From Hyalangium minutum (lineage in GTDB: Bacteria; Myxococcota; Myxococcia; Myxococcales; Myxococcaceae), in assembly GCF_000737315.1 (NCBI RefSeq), contig NZ_JMCB01000014.1, positions 1 through 64,000 of the forward strand: DNA of 64,000 nt. Direction: 5' to 3'. Shown in pieces: positions 9,583-18,218 of the stretch. The first letter of the stretch is position 1. Every line of letters begins with the position of its first letter. The position numbers and the translations under genes are program-made. Below the pieces are notes generated by a model. It saw nothing but the letters and a program-made list of their open reading frames with translations. It was not told where the DNA came from and made no database searches.

Positions 9583-10868
9583 GATTGCACCGCCTGTCCC
9601 AGCAGCCGGCTCATCAAGGAGCGGGCCGCGTCGATCTGGTCCGGCCGCACGTACACCCGTGTCAGCCGCACCGCGCCGCTGTAGCGCTGGTACAGCGGCG
9701 TGTATTTGGCCACCTCGGTGAGCCGGCCGGTGGAGACATCCATGATGTAGAGGCTCGGACTCTGTCCCTCCCCCATGTACTTGGACAGCACGCCGTGCGA
9801 CTCGACGACGTAGTGCTCGAGCTGGGCGGCCACCAATGCGCTGCGCAGCACGTCCAGGTCATAGCCCGTGTCGCGCTCGGTGAACTGGGCCAGCAGCTTG
9901 AAGCCCCGGCGCATGGAGATGCGGTCGGCCCACCGGTTCTTCGAGCGCCGCAGCGTGTACCAGAGCGCCGCATCGTCGCAGAGCAGGAACGCCTCGGGGT
10001 CCGCGGGGATCTCGAACTCGCCGGGCGACTCCTCGTAGTAGCGCCGCAGCATGTGATCGAAGTTCACCGAGGTGTGGTGGTAATAGACCGAGACAAACAT
10101 GTGGTAGCGGCTGAGGAGGAAGTCCTCGAAGGCAAACGCCGCCGCCCGGCTCAGCGCCAGGTACGCGCGCCCGTCCTTCACCGCCGGGTTCAGGTTGGAG
10201 ATGATCCACTCGAAGTCGTACCGGCCGTAGTTGACGCCCGTATAGAAGGAGTCGCGCAGCAGGTAGTCCATCCGGTCCGCGTCCAGCTCGCCGGAGACGA
10301 GCGCCCGCAGCAGCGGCATCCAGTCCACTCCCCGGTGCGTGAAGCCCGGGTCCTTCGGCGGCTTGGCGCCCGTAATCAGCGCCACCGCCGCGTCCGCGTG
10401 AATGCCCAGCGGCCCGAAGTGCTGCTCGATGAGCGGCGTGAGCGAGCTGTCCAGGAGCACCTTGGCGGTGAAGTCCTCGTGGGTCGCCTGAGGCCCCTCC
10501 GCCGTGGCGTCCAGCCAGGCGGGCAGCTTCAAGGCCGCCCGCGGGGGTGCAATGCGCTCGGAGGCGTGGGACAGGGGCATGTGGCCCAGGTCATGGCACA
10601 GCACCGCGAGCCGCACGGCGGTGCAGAACCGGGACTGGACATCCTCGGGCAGGTTGGACTGGGAGGCCACCGCGCCGAAGAGCCGCGAGGCCACGTGCAT
10701 GGCGCCCAGCGAGTGCGCGTGGCGGGTATGCGTGGCTCCAGGAAAAGCCAGGTCTCCGAACCCCAACTGTCGCACATGGCGCAACCGCTGATAGTGGCGG
10801 CTGTCAATGATGGCCTTCTCCGGGTCGCTCACCGGGATGGTGCCGTGGATGGGGTCACGAATCCGCAT
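9579..10868 (-). CDS. HD-domain phosphohydrolase (SAMHD1/dNTP triphosphohydrolase-like)
   Basis: Start reassigned to MRIRDPIHG. QRLRHVRQLG, THTRHAHSLG, LCHDLGHMPLSH, ELDADRMDYLLRDS. Confidence 0.9.
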   Translation of the reverse strand: MRIRDPIHGTIPVSDPEKAIIDSRHYQRLRHVRQLGFGDLAFPGATHTRHAHSLGAMHVASRLFGAVASQSNLPEDVQSRFCTAVRLAVLCHDLGHMPLSHASERIAPPRAALKLPAWLDATAEGPQATHEDFTAKVLLDSSLTPLIEQHFGPLGIHADAAVALITGAKPPKDPGFTHRGVDWMPLLRALVSGELDADRMDYLLRDSFYTGVNYGRYDFEWIISNLNPAVKDGRAYLALSRAAAFAFEDFLLSRYHMFVSVYYHHTSVNFDHMLRRYYEESPGEFEIPADPEAFLLCDDAALWYTLRRSKNRWADRISMRRGFKLLAQFTERDTGYDLDVLRSALVAAQLEHYVVESHGVLSKYMGEGQSPSLYIMDVSTGRLTEVAKYTPLYQRYSGAVRLTRVYVRPDQIDAARSLMSRLLGQAVQS

Positions 10869-11001
10869 GGTTCCCTTTCCATACTCCTGAGTACCCCCTG
10901 GGGGCAGCACTCCGAATAACTTTTGACAACCAACCGATCGAGCCTCCGCGTCGGGCTGGGATCGTCCCAGGGGACGTGCTAACCCTCTGACCCCAATCCG
11001 A

Positions 11002-12126
11002 ATGCACATCGTCATTCTTCACAACCGCGACCACGACCTCCTCGAAGACGATCCAGGAAGGGAGGCCCGCGAGGATGTGATGCGGGTGGCCTCAGCCCTC
11101 TCCGAGGCGCTCTCCCGGGGTGACACCCACGCCGAGCCGCTCGCCGTCGAGGGGGACCGGCTGGACTTCGTGGACACGCTGCGGCGGATGCAGCCGGACC
11201 TCGTCATCAACCTCTGTGAGTCCGTGGCCGCCGACAGCCGCGGGGAGATGGTCATCCCCTGCCTGCTGGACATGATGGGGCTGCCGTACACGGGCTCGTC
11301 CGCCCTCTCGCTGGGGCTGGCGCTGCACAAGCCCAAGGCCAAGGAGCTGCTGCGTGGCCGGGGCGTCTCCACGCCCCCGTTCGCGGTGGTGGAGCGGCTC
11401 GAGGACGTGATGTCGGTGGACCTGGCCTTCCCGCTCATCGTCAAGCCCGCGCGAGAGGACGCCAGCGTGGGCGTGGACTTCGACTCGGTGGTGGAGGACC
11501 GGGCGGGACTGGCGCGTGCCGCCGAGGCGGTGCTGAGCACCTTCCACCAGCCCGCGCTCGTGGAGCAGTTCATCCGGGGCCGGGAGATCTACGTGCCGCT
11601 GCTGGGCAACGCGCCGCGTCGCGCCCTGCCGCTCACGGAGATTCGCTTCGGCGCGGCGTTCGAGAACCGCCCGAACATCGTCTCGTACAAGGCCAAGTGG
11701 GAGGAGGACTCCCCCGAGTGCCAAGACAGCCCCTCGGTCCCCTGCCGCCTGGAGGACACCGCCCTGGAGGCCCGCCTGGTTCGCACGGCGATGGATGCTT
11801 TCACGGCGCTGGACTGTGTGGACTACGGGCGCGTAGACCTGCGCGTGACACCCGAGGGCGTACCTTACGTCATCGACATCAACCCCAACTGCGATCTCCA
11901 CCCGGGTGCCGGGTTTGCCAAGGCCGCTGCCGCTGCGGGGATGGACTATCCCGCGCTGGCTGCCCGCCTGGTGGAGATCGCTCTCGAGAGAGCCCATGGA
12001 AATCCGTCCCATCGAAAAAAAGGACCGGGAGCCGCTCGCAGCGCTCATCCGCAGAATCGAAACGTTCTCGCAGGAAGAGGTGGAGTGCGCCGTCGAGCTG
12101 GTGGATCTCGCGCTCACGCCGAATAA
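11002..12126 (+). CDS. D-Ala-D-Ala ligase-like ATP-grasp protein
   Basis: LPYTGS, HKPKAK, IVKPAREDASVG, VEQFIRGRE, DYGRVDLR, IDINPNC. Confidence 0.88.
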   Translation: MHIVILHNRDHDLLEDDPGREAREDVMRVASALSEALSRGDTHAEPLAVEGDRLDFVDTLRRMQPDLVINLCESVAADSRGEMVIPCLLDMMGLPYTGSSALSLGLALHKPKAKELLRGRGVSTPPFAVVERLEDVMSVDLAFPLIVKPAREDASVGVDFDSVVEDRAGLARAAEAVLSTFHQPALVEQFIRGREIYVPLLGNAPRRALPLTEIRFGAAFENRPNIVSYKAKWEEDSPECQDSPSVPCRLEDTALEARLVRTAMDAFTALDCVDYGRVDLRVTPEGVPYVIDINPNCDLHPGAGFAKAAAAAGMDYPALAARLVEIALERAHGNPSHRKKGPGAARSAHPQNRNVLAGRGGVRRRAGGSRAHAE

Positions 12127-12463
12127 CAAGGACTACACCGTCCTCGTCGCGGACCGGGACGGCACGCTGGTGGGCTACGCGTGCTTCGGCCCCACGCCGA
12201 TGACGGAGGGGACGTATGACTTGTATTGGATTGCCTCGGACCCGACGGTGCGCGGCCAGGGCGTGGGCGCGTCGCTGATTTCGGGCATGGAGGCGGACAT
12301 GCGCCGGCGCGGGGCTCGCGTCATCCGGATTGAGACGAGCGCCACGGAGGCCTACGGCCCCACCCGGGGGTTCTACGCGTCCATGAAGTACACGGAGGAG
12401 GCCCGGTTCCGGGACTTCTACAAGGTCGGGGATGACCTGATCATCCTGGCCAAGCGGCTGTAA
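11996..12463 (+). CDS. GNAT N-acetyltransferase
   Basis: Start MEIRPIEKKD at 11996. YDLYWIASDPTVRGQGVG acetyl-CoA motif; TRGFY. Confidence 0.88.
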   Translation: MEIRPIEKKDREPLAALIRRIETFSQEEVECAVELVDLALTPNNKDYTVLVADRDGTLVGYACFGPTPMTEGTYDLYWIASDPTVRGQGVGASLISGMEADMRRRGARVIRIETSATEAYGPTRGFYASMKYTEEARFRDFYKVGDDLIILAKRL

Positions 12464-12501
12464 TCCGCGAACAAAACGGCGCGGTATCCGTTAAGAGGGA
12501 G

Positions 12502-14025
12502 GTGATGACCCGTTCACGCCTCCCTGCTCCCTTGCTGGGCCTGGCCGTCGCGCTGCTGAGCGCGGTGCCGGCGCTGGCCCAGGCTCCTGCTCCTGCTGCT
12601 CGCACCGCCACCCAGGCCAAGAAGGCCGAGGTGTCCGATGTGCTGAAGACGCCGCGCCCCGCGGGCGGCGAGTGGCTGGGGCTGTACCTCATGGACAAGA
12701 AGGTGGGGTACTTCTTCACGGACCTGTCGTTGGTGCCGGGGCGCACGGACCAGGTGCGCGCCATCAACGAGCTGGTCTTCAAGGCCACCGTGGGCAGCAA
12801 GCTCTCGGAGCGCGTGCACCGCGAGGAGCGCATCTACGAGGCGAAGCCCCGGGGCAAGCTGCTGTCCTTCGTGGTGGAGCAGCGAGGCGACGGCGGTGAG
12901 CAGCGGCTGGAGGGCACGCAGACGCCCACGGGGCTGCGCGTGGTGCGCAAGCGTCCGGGACTGCCGGACGAGGCGCTCACGGTGAAGGCCAGCCCCGAGA
13001 CGGTGGAGGACGCGGACCAGGCGCGCGTGGCCATCTATCGGAAGACGAAGGTGGAGGGGACCATCACGGATGGGACGGACCTGGAGAGCTACAAGGTCAC
13101 CACGACGATGGAGCCGGCCGAGGAGCGGATGGTGCGCGGGGTGAAGGTGCGGCTGAGCAAGGCGCAGACGATCTCGGAGAAGGAGAAGGTGCCTGTGGTG
13201 GCCTACGTCACGGACGAGGGCGAGATGGTGGAGGTGGACTTCGGGCAGACGATGAAGGCGCGCGCGGAGTCCGAGGCGGTGGCCAAGCGGATGGACGTGG
13301 TGGAGGTGTTCGGGCTCACGCGCATCGTCCTGCCGAAGCAGTTGCCGGCGGAGGCGCGCTCGGTGCCGGGCCGGGCGGTGATGGTGATGACAGGGCTGCC
13401 GGAGAAGTTCCAGCAGGACACGTACCGGCAGAAGTACGTGAAGCTGCCGGAGGGTCGCGTGGAGGTGACGCTGCTGGCGGACGTGCCGAAGCCGGCGAAC
13501 CTCAAGCCGCTGCCGGTGGCGGATCCCGAGGGCGGAGAGAACCTCAAGTCGACGATCATCGTGGAGAGCGACAACGCGGAGATCCGCAAGCTGGCGAAGA
13601 AGCTGACGGGGACGGAGAAGGACGCGTACGCGGTGGCGAAGAAGATCGTCGGCTGGGTGGCGACGAACCTGGAGAAGGACTACGGGGCGAGCGCGGATCG
13701 GGCCTCGGATGTGCTGCGGCAGAAGAAGGGCGACTGCACGGAGCACTCGCTGCTGACGGTGGCGCTGCTGCGCGCGGCGGGCATCCCGTCGCGGCGGGTG
13801 GACGGGGTGGTGTACATGGTGAACGAGGACGGGGTGCCCGCGTTCTACTGGCACGAGTGGGTCGAGGCGTACGTGGGCGAGTGGACGCAGATGGACCCGA
13901 CGTTCAACCAGCTGGTGGCGGACGCCTCGCACTTCGGCGTGGGCCAGGAGGGCAACGCGGAGATCACCCCACTGATTGGCCAGCTCAAGGTGGTGGAGGT
14001 CCGAGACAGGCCTACGGGGCGGTGA
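12502..14025 (+). CDS. Secreted transglutaminase-like protein
   Basis: SD AAGAGGGAGG, signal peptide ..ALA|QA. GDCTEH, WHEWVE and MDPTF supply a Cys-His-Asp triad. Confidence 0.88.
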   Translation: MMTRSRLPAPLLGLAVALLSAVPALAQAPAPAARTATQAKKAEVSDVLKTPRPAGGEWLGLYLMDKKVGYFFTDLSLVPGRTDQVRAINELVFKATVGSKLSERVHREERIYEAKPRGKLLSFVVEQRGDGGEQRLEGTQTPTGLRVVRKRPGLPDEALTVKASPETVEDADQARVAIYRKTKVEGTITDGTDLESYKVTTTMEPAEERMVRGVKVRLSKAQTISEKEKVPVVAYVTDEGEMVEVDFGQTMKARAESEAVAKRMDVVEVFGLTRIVLPKQLPAEARSVPGRAVMVMTGLPEKFQQDTYRQKYVKLPEGRVEVTLLADVPKPANLKPLPVADPEGGENLKSTIIVESDNAEIRKLAKKLTGTEKDAYAVAKKIVGWVATNLEKDYGASADRASDVLRQKKGDCTEHSLLTVALLRAAGIPSRRVDGVVYMVNEDGVPAFYWHEWVEAYVGEWTQMDPTFNQLVADASHFGVGQEGNAEITPLIGQLKVVEVRDRPTGR

Positions 14026-14113
14026 CTGGCTGAGAGCCAGCTCCTCTCTCGGACTGCGATACAGTCGAACCTCGGTCCACCATTCGCGTCGAAGACGCCT
14101 CGAGGTCAGCCCC

Positions 14114-14827
14114 ATGCTTTCGCAGCTCCGAAGCCAACGTCTCGTATGGGCAGGATGGCTGGCCGCACTGGTCGGCGTCCTGAGTGCCTTACCCTGGGCG
14201 GCCTCAGAGGCCTCGCAGCAACCCACTGCCTTGACGAGTCCACACCTCGTCAGCCCGAAGGAAGCACAAGAGATGATCGCTCGGTTCCGCGCGACCGCTC
14301 CGCCGGGGGCTATTCTCGCGCAGACCTTTCATCGCGGTGCCTTCGATGCCCTCCTGGCCCAGCCGACTGCCGCGGGCATCCGCATCTACTACGGCAAGTA
14401 TGCCAGTGGAGCTGACACACTCGTGCTCTATGCCACCAACGGGGAGGGGCAGGATCTCTCGGCCATGCCGATGAACCATTGCCAGCCCTGTCCCTCCCTG
14501 TGCGACACCCTCCCCGCCAATTCCCACCTCATCAGCCCAGCGGAGGCGCAGGAAACCATCAACCGCTTCCAGGCCACGGCCCCTCCGGGAGCGGTTCGCT
14601 CCCAATCCCTCGACCGGAGCGCCATCGATGTCCTCCTGGCCCAGCCGACAGCCGCAGGCATCCGCATCTACTACGGCAAGTACGCCAATGGAGCGAACAC
14701 CCTCGTGCTCTATGCCATCAACAAGCAGGGACAGGTCATCTCCACCCTGGCGATGGACCACTGTACTCCGTGTCCCCCCACCTGCGATGCCCAGGCCGCG
14801 AGCACCCGCTCCAGCAACTCCGACTAG
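14114..14827 (+). CDS. Secreted hypothetical protein with two 94-aa repeats, each ending HCxPCPxxC
   Basis: Signal-like N-terminus. Two copies of ..LLAQPTAAGIRIYYGKY..G..TLVLYA..; DNA period 282 nt. Confidence 0.75.
   Translation: MLSQLRSQRLVWAGWLAALVGVLSALPWAASEASQQPTALTSPHLVSPKEAQEMIARFRATAPPGAILAQTFHRGAFDALLAQPTAAGIRIYYGKYASGADTLVLYATNGEGQDLSAMPMNHCQPCPSLCDTLPANSHLISPAEAQETINRFQATAPPGAVRSQSLDRSAIDVLLAQPTAAGIRIYYGKYANGANTLVLYAINKQGQVISTLAMDHCTPCPPTCDAQAASTRSSNSD
14243..14788 (+). repeat. Intragenic tandem domain duplication (2 x 282 nt)
   Basis: CACCTC(G/A)TCAGCCC at 14243 and 14525; near-identical GCGGGCATCCGCATCTACTACGGCAAGTA cores. Confidence 0.85.
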
Positions 14828-14836
14828 GGTGGGCTG

Positions 14837-15145
14837 CTACGTCACACTCCCCAGCGCTCCGCCCCACTTCGCCACCTGAGCGTTGTCCGGAGCGGGCTCC
14901 AGTTCGCCCACGAAGAACAGGTCCTCTCCCAGTCCCTCGACGCGGACACGGACCAACGGGTCTCGCGGGTACTGGACCTCTGGATCGTCGTAGACCAGCC
15001 CCACCACGGTGCCCGTGCGGCCCAGGAACCTCCGGCCAATCGAGCCGTCCTCCGAGGTCTCGACGATCTTCACAGCCTCGCCCATCTTCACAGGGGCACC
15101 GTTCACGTCTTCGAACACGATGAGCGACGGGTCTTGAATCATCAT
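14837..15145 (-). CDS. carS: Carotenogenesis antirepressor CarS
   Basis: MIQDPSLIVFEDVNGAPVKMG...RFLGRTGTVVGLVYDDP..QYP.DPL...VEGLGEDLFF matches M. xanthus CarS as recalled. ATGA overlap with carR. Confidence 0.9.
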   Translation of the reverse strand: MMIQDPSLIVFEDVNGAPVKMGEAVKIVETSEDGSIGRRFLGRTGTVVGLVYDDPEVQYPRDPLVRVRVEGLGEDLFFVGELEPAPDNAQVAKWGGALGSVT

Positions 15146-15801
15146 GGCGCGAAGGATCTGGACTTGAGAGTTCGAGACACCGCCCACTCCACTCCTGCAA
15201 TCACTGCCCACGCCGTCAGGTGGTAGCCCATGACGTGCATCCGGCCCTGGGAACAGGCGAGCTCCCCCACGAGCGCCCCCGTCGTCCCCACCGACAGCCC
15301 GGCCACCAGGGCGCGCATCGGGCGGAAGGACGCGCTCCGCAGCGCGAGCACCGCCACAATCAACGGCCCCAGCCCCACCGCCACATGGCTGGCCGAGCAG
15401 ACCCACCCCGGGAGCGTGGCCTCCACGTGAGACTCTCCACGGGCCAGGACCAGCGCCGCCGCGCTCACCGCCGATAGCACGATGCCCGCAGCCCTCAACC
15501 GCTCCCCCCGAGGCGAGAGCGCTCCCCACGCGCACACCGCACCGGTAACCCACAGCAGCACGAAGAGCGGCGCCTTGCTCAGCAACATGCCCAGGGTCAT
15601 CTGCTCCAGCACCAGCAGCACCGACGCCATCAGGACGACCATGGCCACCGTGCTGATGAACACCCAAAGAGCCTGCGTGCGCCACCGGCGCACCGCCTGG
15701 TTCCGCGCCAACTCCTGGCGGGCCGCCTCCAGCGCCTTGCCGAACGAGGCCGCATCCGCTGGGTAGGCCTGCGTCAGCAGGTTGTCGAGCGTTGGCCGCA
15801 T
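15142..15801 (-). CDS. carR: Membrane anti-sigma factor CarR
   Basis: 219 aa, multi-TM. VRRWRTQA, PGWVCSASH, GLSVGTTGALVGELAC, ends K.RSFAP. Lies between carQ and carS. Confidence 0.9.
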   Translation of the reverse strand: MRPTLDNLLTQAYPADAASFGKALEAARQELARNQAVRRWRTQALWVFISTVAMVVLMASVLLVLEQMTLGMLLSKAPLFVLLWVTGAVCAWGALSPRGERLRAAGIVLSAVSAAALVLARGESHVEATLPGWVCSASHVAVGLGPLIVAVLALRSASFRPMRALVAGLSVGTTGALVGELACSQGRMHVMGYHLTAWAVIAGVEWAVSRTLKSRSFAP

Positions 15802-16340
15802 CAGACCTCCACCAGCCCGCCCAGCAAGGCCCGGAGCCTCTCGTAACCCCGGTGGGCCCGGAGCCGCGCCGCGCCCACGCTGCCGCCCTGAAGCGCGGCG
15901 ATCTCATCGAACGACCAGCCCTCCACCTTGCTGAGGATGACCGCCTCCCGCTGATCCGTAGGCAGTTGCTGCAGTGCCTCCTCCAGCTGCTTGCGCAGGC
16001 CGGGATCTCCCACGTCCGGCGCCACCGCTCCCGCATCGAACGGGCGCTCCTTCGAGAACGCCTCGGCGTGCCGGTGGTGCCGCAACGAGTCCCGCGCCGC
16101 GTTCGCCGCGATCGTCAGCAGCCAAGGCGCGAACCGCATCCCCGGCTCGTAGCGGCCCCGTGCCCGAATCACCGACAGGAAGGTCGTCTGCAGCAGGTCC
16201 TCGGCCAGCGGGCCATCTCGCACCATGCGCGCCAGGAACCCTCGGACCCGCCCGGCATGCCGGGCGAAGAGGGCCTCGAACGCGTCATGTTCACCGTGGC
16301 AGAACCGTTCCATGAGCTCTTCGTCCGTAGGGCTCCCCAT
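15801..16340 (-). CDS. carQ: ECF sigma factor CarQ
   Basis: DEELMERF..AFEALFARH, EDLLQTTFL, WLLTIAANAARD, GWSFDEIA, AARLRAHRG. Start could instead be the ATG at 16313. Confidence 0.9.
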   Translation of the reverse strand: MGSPTDEELMERFCHGEHDAFEALFARHAGRVRGFLARMVRDGPLAEDLLQTTFLSVIRARGRYEPGMRFAPWLLTIAANAARDSLRHHRHAEAFSKERPFDAGAVAPDVGDPGLRKQLEEALQQLPTDQREAVILSKVEGWSFDEIAALQGGSVGAARLRAHRGYERLRALLGGLVEV

Positions 16341-16353
16341 CCTCTGCCTCACG

Positions 16354-16378
16354 TACGATTGAACCCGGAAAGTGTTTC
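16354..16378 (-). promoter_or_regulatory. CarQ-dependent (ECF) autoregulatory promoter
   Basis: Minus strand GAAAC-ACTTTCCGGGTTCAAT(16 nt)-CGTA directly upstream of carQ, matching the known P_QRS -35/-10 pattern. Confidence 0.75.
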
Positions 16379-16469
16379 TCCCTCCGCGCGCTCACCTCCC
16401 ACAAAGCGCCAAGTCCTTGGAACTACTCGAAAAAGCGACACGCCGCCGGCAGGCTGTCCGCCTACCGGC

Positions 16470-17945
16470 TCAGGCGTGGTGGCGCAGCAAGTCGCGCGCG
16501 TACCACGCCAGCAGCGACTCCTTGCTGGAGGCCGCGTGCCATAGCGCCGTGCGCGCCGTCGACGAGAGCCACGGGAACTCATTCAGGGAGTTGGCCGCCG
16601 CAACCCGCAGCTCCAGCTCCATGGACTCGTCGATAAGGACGTTTGCTAGCGACTCGAGCGCAGCTTCGTGATGCTGCCGCAAGCGCGAGTGGCTCAGCCG
16701 CGACGCCGCGGACACCCGCAGCTCCAGGTCCCCCGTGCGCAGCAGCCGGACGAGCAGCTCCCACGCCTCGGGGCGGTGCTCACCGAGATCCCACACGAAC
16801 CCCTTGATGGCGGCCAGGATGTTCCGGTCACCGTCCTCGAACCGCTGAATGAGCACGGTGAGGATGCGCTCGGCGACGGGCTGGAAGCGCTGCGGATCCC
16901 TCGAGCAGATGCCGATGCTCCCCACCGCGCGCAGCAGCGCCGCCAGAGGTTCTCCCTTCACACCCGAACCCAGCGCCCTCGCGATCAGCTCCACCTGCTC
17001 CGGAGCCTCCGCGCAGATGCGCGCCATGGCGGCGGCCGCGTACTCCCGCTCGGCGGGATCACTCTCCGGAGCCAGGATGCGCCCAATGAGGACGCCCACG
17101 GCCTCGTTCGCCTCGCCGCCGTAACTCCCAATCTCGCGCAGCGCCCGGCCCCGCATCTCCGCGTCGCCGTAGCGCAGGTGCCCCATCAGCTCGCGCACGC
17201 GCGACAGCCGGGCCTCCGCGTCATCCGGGAACGCCGGTCGCGGCAGGTCCAGGTGCTGGAGGTCCGTGACGAGGCACACCGGACGGCCGTCCTCGGCCAG
17301 CCCCCACCATGAGCAGTAGGCGCTGTAGCCCAGCGAGGCCGGAGCGAGCGTGCCAGAAGAGAAGGCCACCACGTTGGCGCCGGACTTCGAGTCCAGCGTC
17401 AGCACGGTGCTCGACCATGAGGGCGTCGCGCCCTCCGTGAAGGTCTCCACGAACTGACGGCTCTTCTCCGAGACCCGCTCCACCACATCCGCATCGAGGA
17501 ACGCGGTGATGTCCGGGTCGGCCCTGTAGCCATAGCGCTCATTGGGGCGCAGCGCGCTCGGGCTGCGCTCGCCGCGCGCCGCCATCTCCCAGCGCACCGG
17601 GCGCTCGTCCTCGAAGCGGACCATGGCCATGGCGATGGCCTCTTGAGCACTGCGCTCGCGCCCACGCCCCGTCCGGATGATGCTGAGCACCACGGGGTAG
17701 CGGCCTGGGCGCACGGTGCGGGAGAACGGCTCGCGGTGGTCCAGCGCGAGCAGCGCCAGCAGGTGAGCCCGAGGCAGCGGACGCGACGGCAGAGTGAGCG
17801 GGTTGCATGCCACCACGCGCCCACTGGTCAAAACCAACGTGCCCACGTGGTGAGTGGAGACTGCAACAGGTCTGCCGCGGTCGAGCAGCACCCTGCTGTC
17901 TTCAAACGCGGTCAGCAGGTCACTCGAAGCGACACTCACACTCAT
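16470..17945 (-). CDS. DUF4241-like domain + C-terminal HEAT/ARM repeats
   Basis: Start reassigned to MSVSVASS. GTLVLTSGRVVACNP, PFSRTVRPGRYPV, RWEMA, YGY..D, WWGLAEDGRPVCLVTD, then helical repeats (R..ALREIG, ELRVAAANSL). Confidence 0.7.
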   Translation of the reverse strand: MSVSVASSDLLTAFEDSRVLLDRGRPVAVSTHHVGTLVLTSGRVVACNPLTLPSRPLPRAHLLALLALDHREPFSRTVRPGRYPVVLSIIRTGRGRERSAQEAIAMAMVRFEDERPVRWEMAARGERSPSALRPNERYGYRADPDITAFLDADVVERVSEKSRQFVETFTEGATPSWSSTVLTLDSKSGANVVAFSSGTLAPASLGYSAYCSWWGLAEDGRPVCLVTDLQHLDLPRPAFPDDAEARLSRVRELMGHLRYGDAEMRGRALREIGSYGGEANEAVGVLIGRILAPESDPAEREYAAAAMARICAEAPEQVELIARALGSGVKGEPLAALLRAVGSIGICSRDPQRFQPVAERILTVLIQRFEDGDRNILAAIKGFVWDLGEHRPEAWELLVRLLRTGDLELRVSAASRLSHSRLRQHHEAALESLANVLIDESMELELRVAAANSLNEFPWLSSTARTALWHAASSKESLLAWYARDLLRHHA

Positions 17946-18166
17946 CGAAGAATTGCCCCCTGTTCGGATTCTAACCGCTCTTATGGGCGGATGCTGAAGA
18001 CGTTTTCGCCCAGAGAGTAGGCGCTGTTGCGCCCGAGGGAAGCCCCGCCCCACCCTCTTCTGACCGCCGTGGCTACCGGGGGGCGCCGCTTCGATCTCCG
18101 CCGAACAGGACTCGCAGGGGATTCTTCCGGAGATCCCCACTTCCGAGCGCGTCATCCCGCGCAGCA

Positions 18167-18196
18167 GGTGGGAGAAGCGCATCCGCATCTCCCACC
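18167..18196. terminator. Hairpin downstream of the YyaL-like gene
   Basis: GGTGGGAGA..TCTCCCACC 9-bp stem plus inner GCG/CGC; no clear U-tract. Confidence 0.4.
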
Positions 18197-18218
18197 CGAA
18201 CAGCCCTCATCCACCGGA

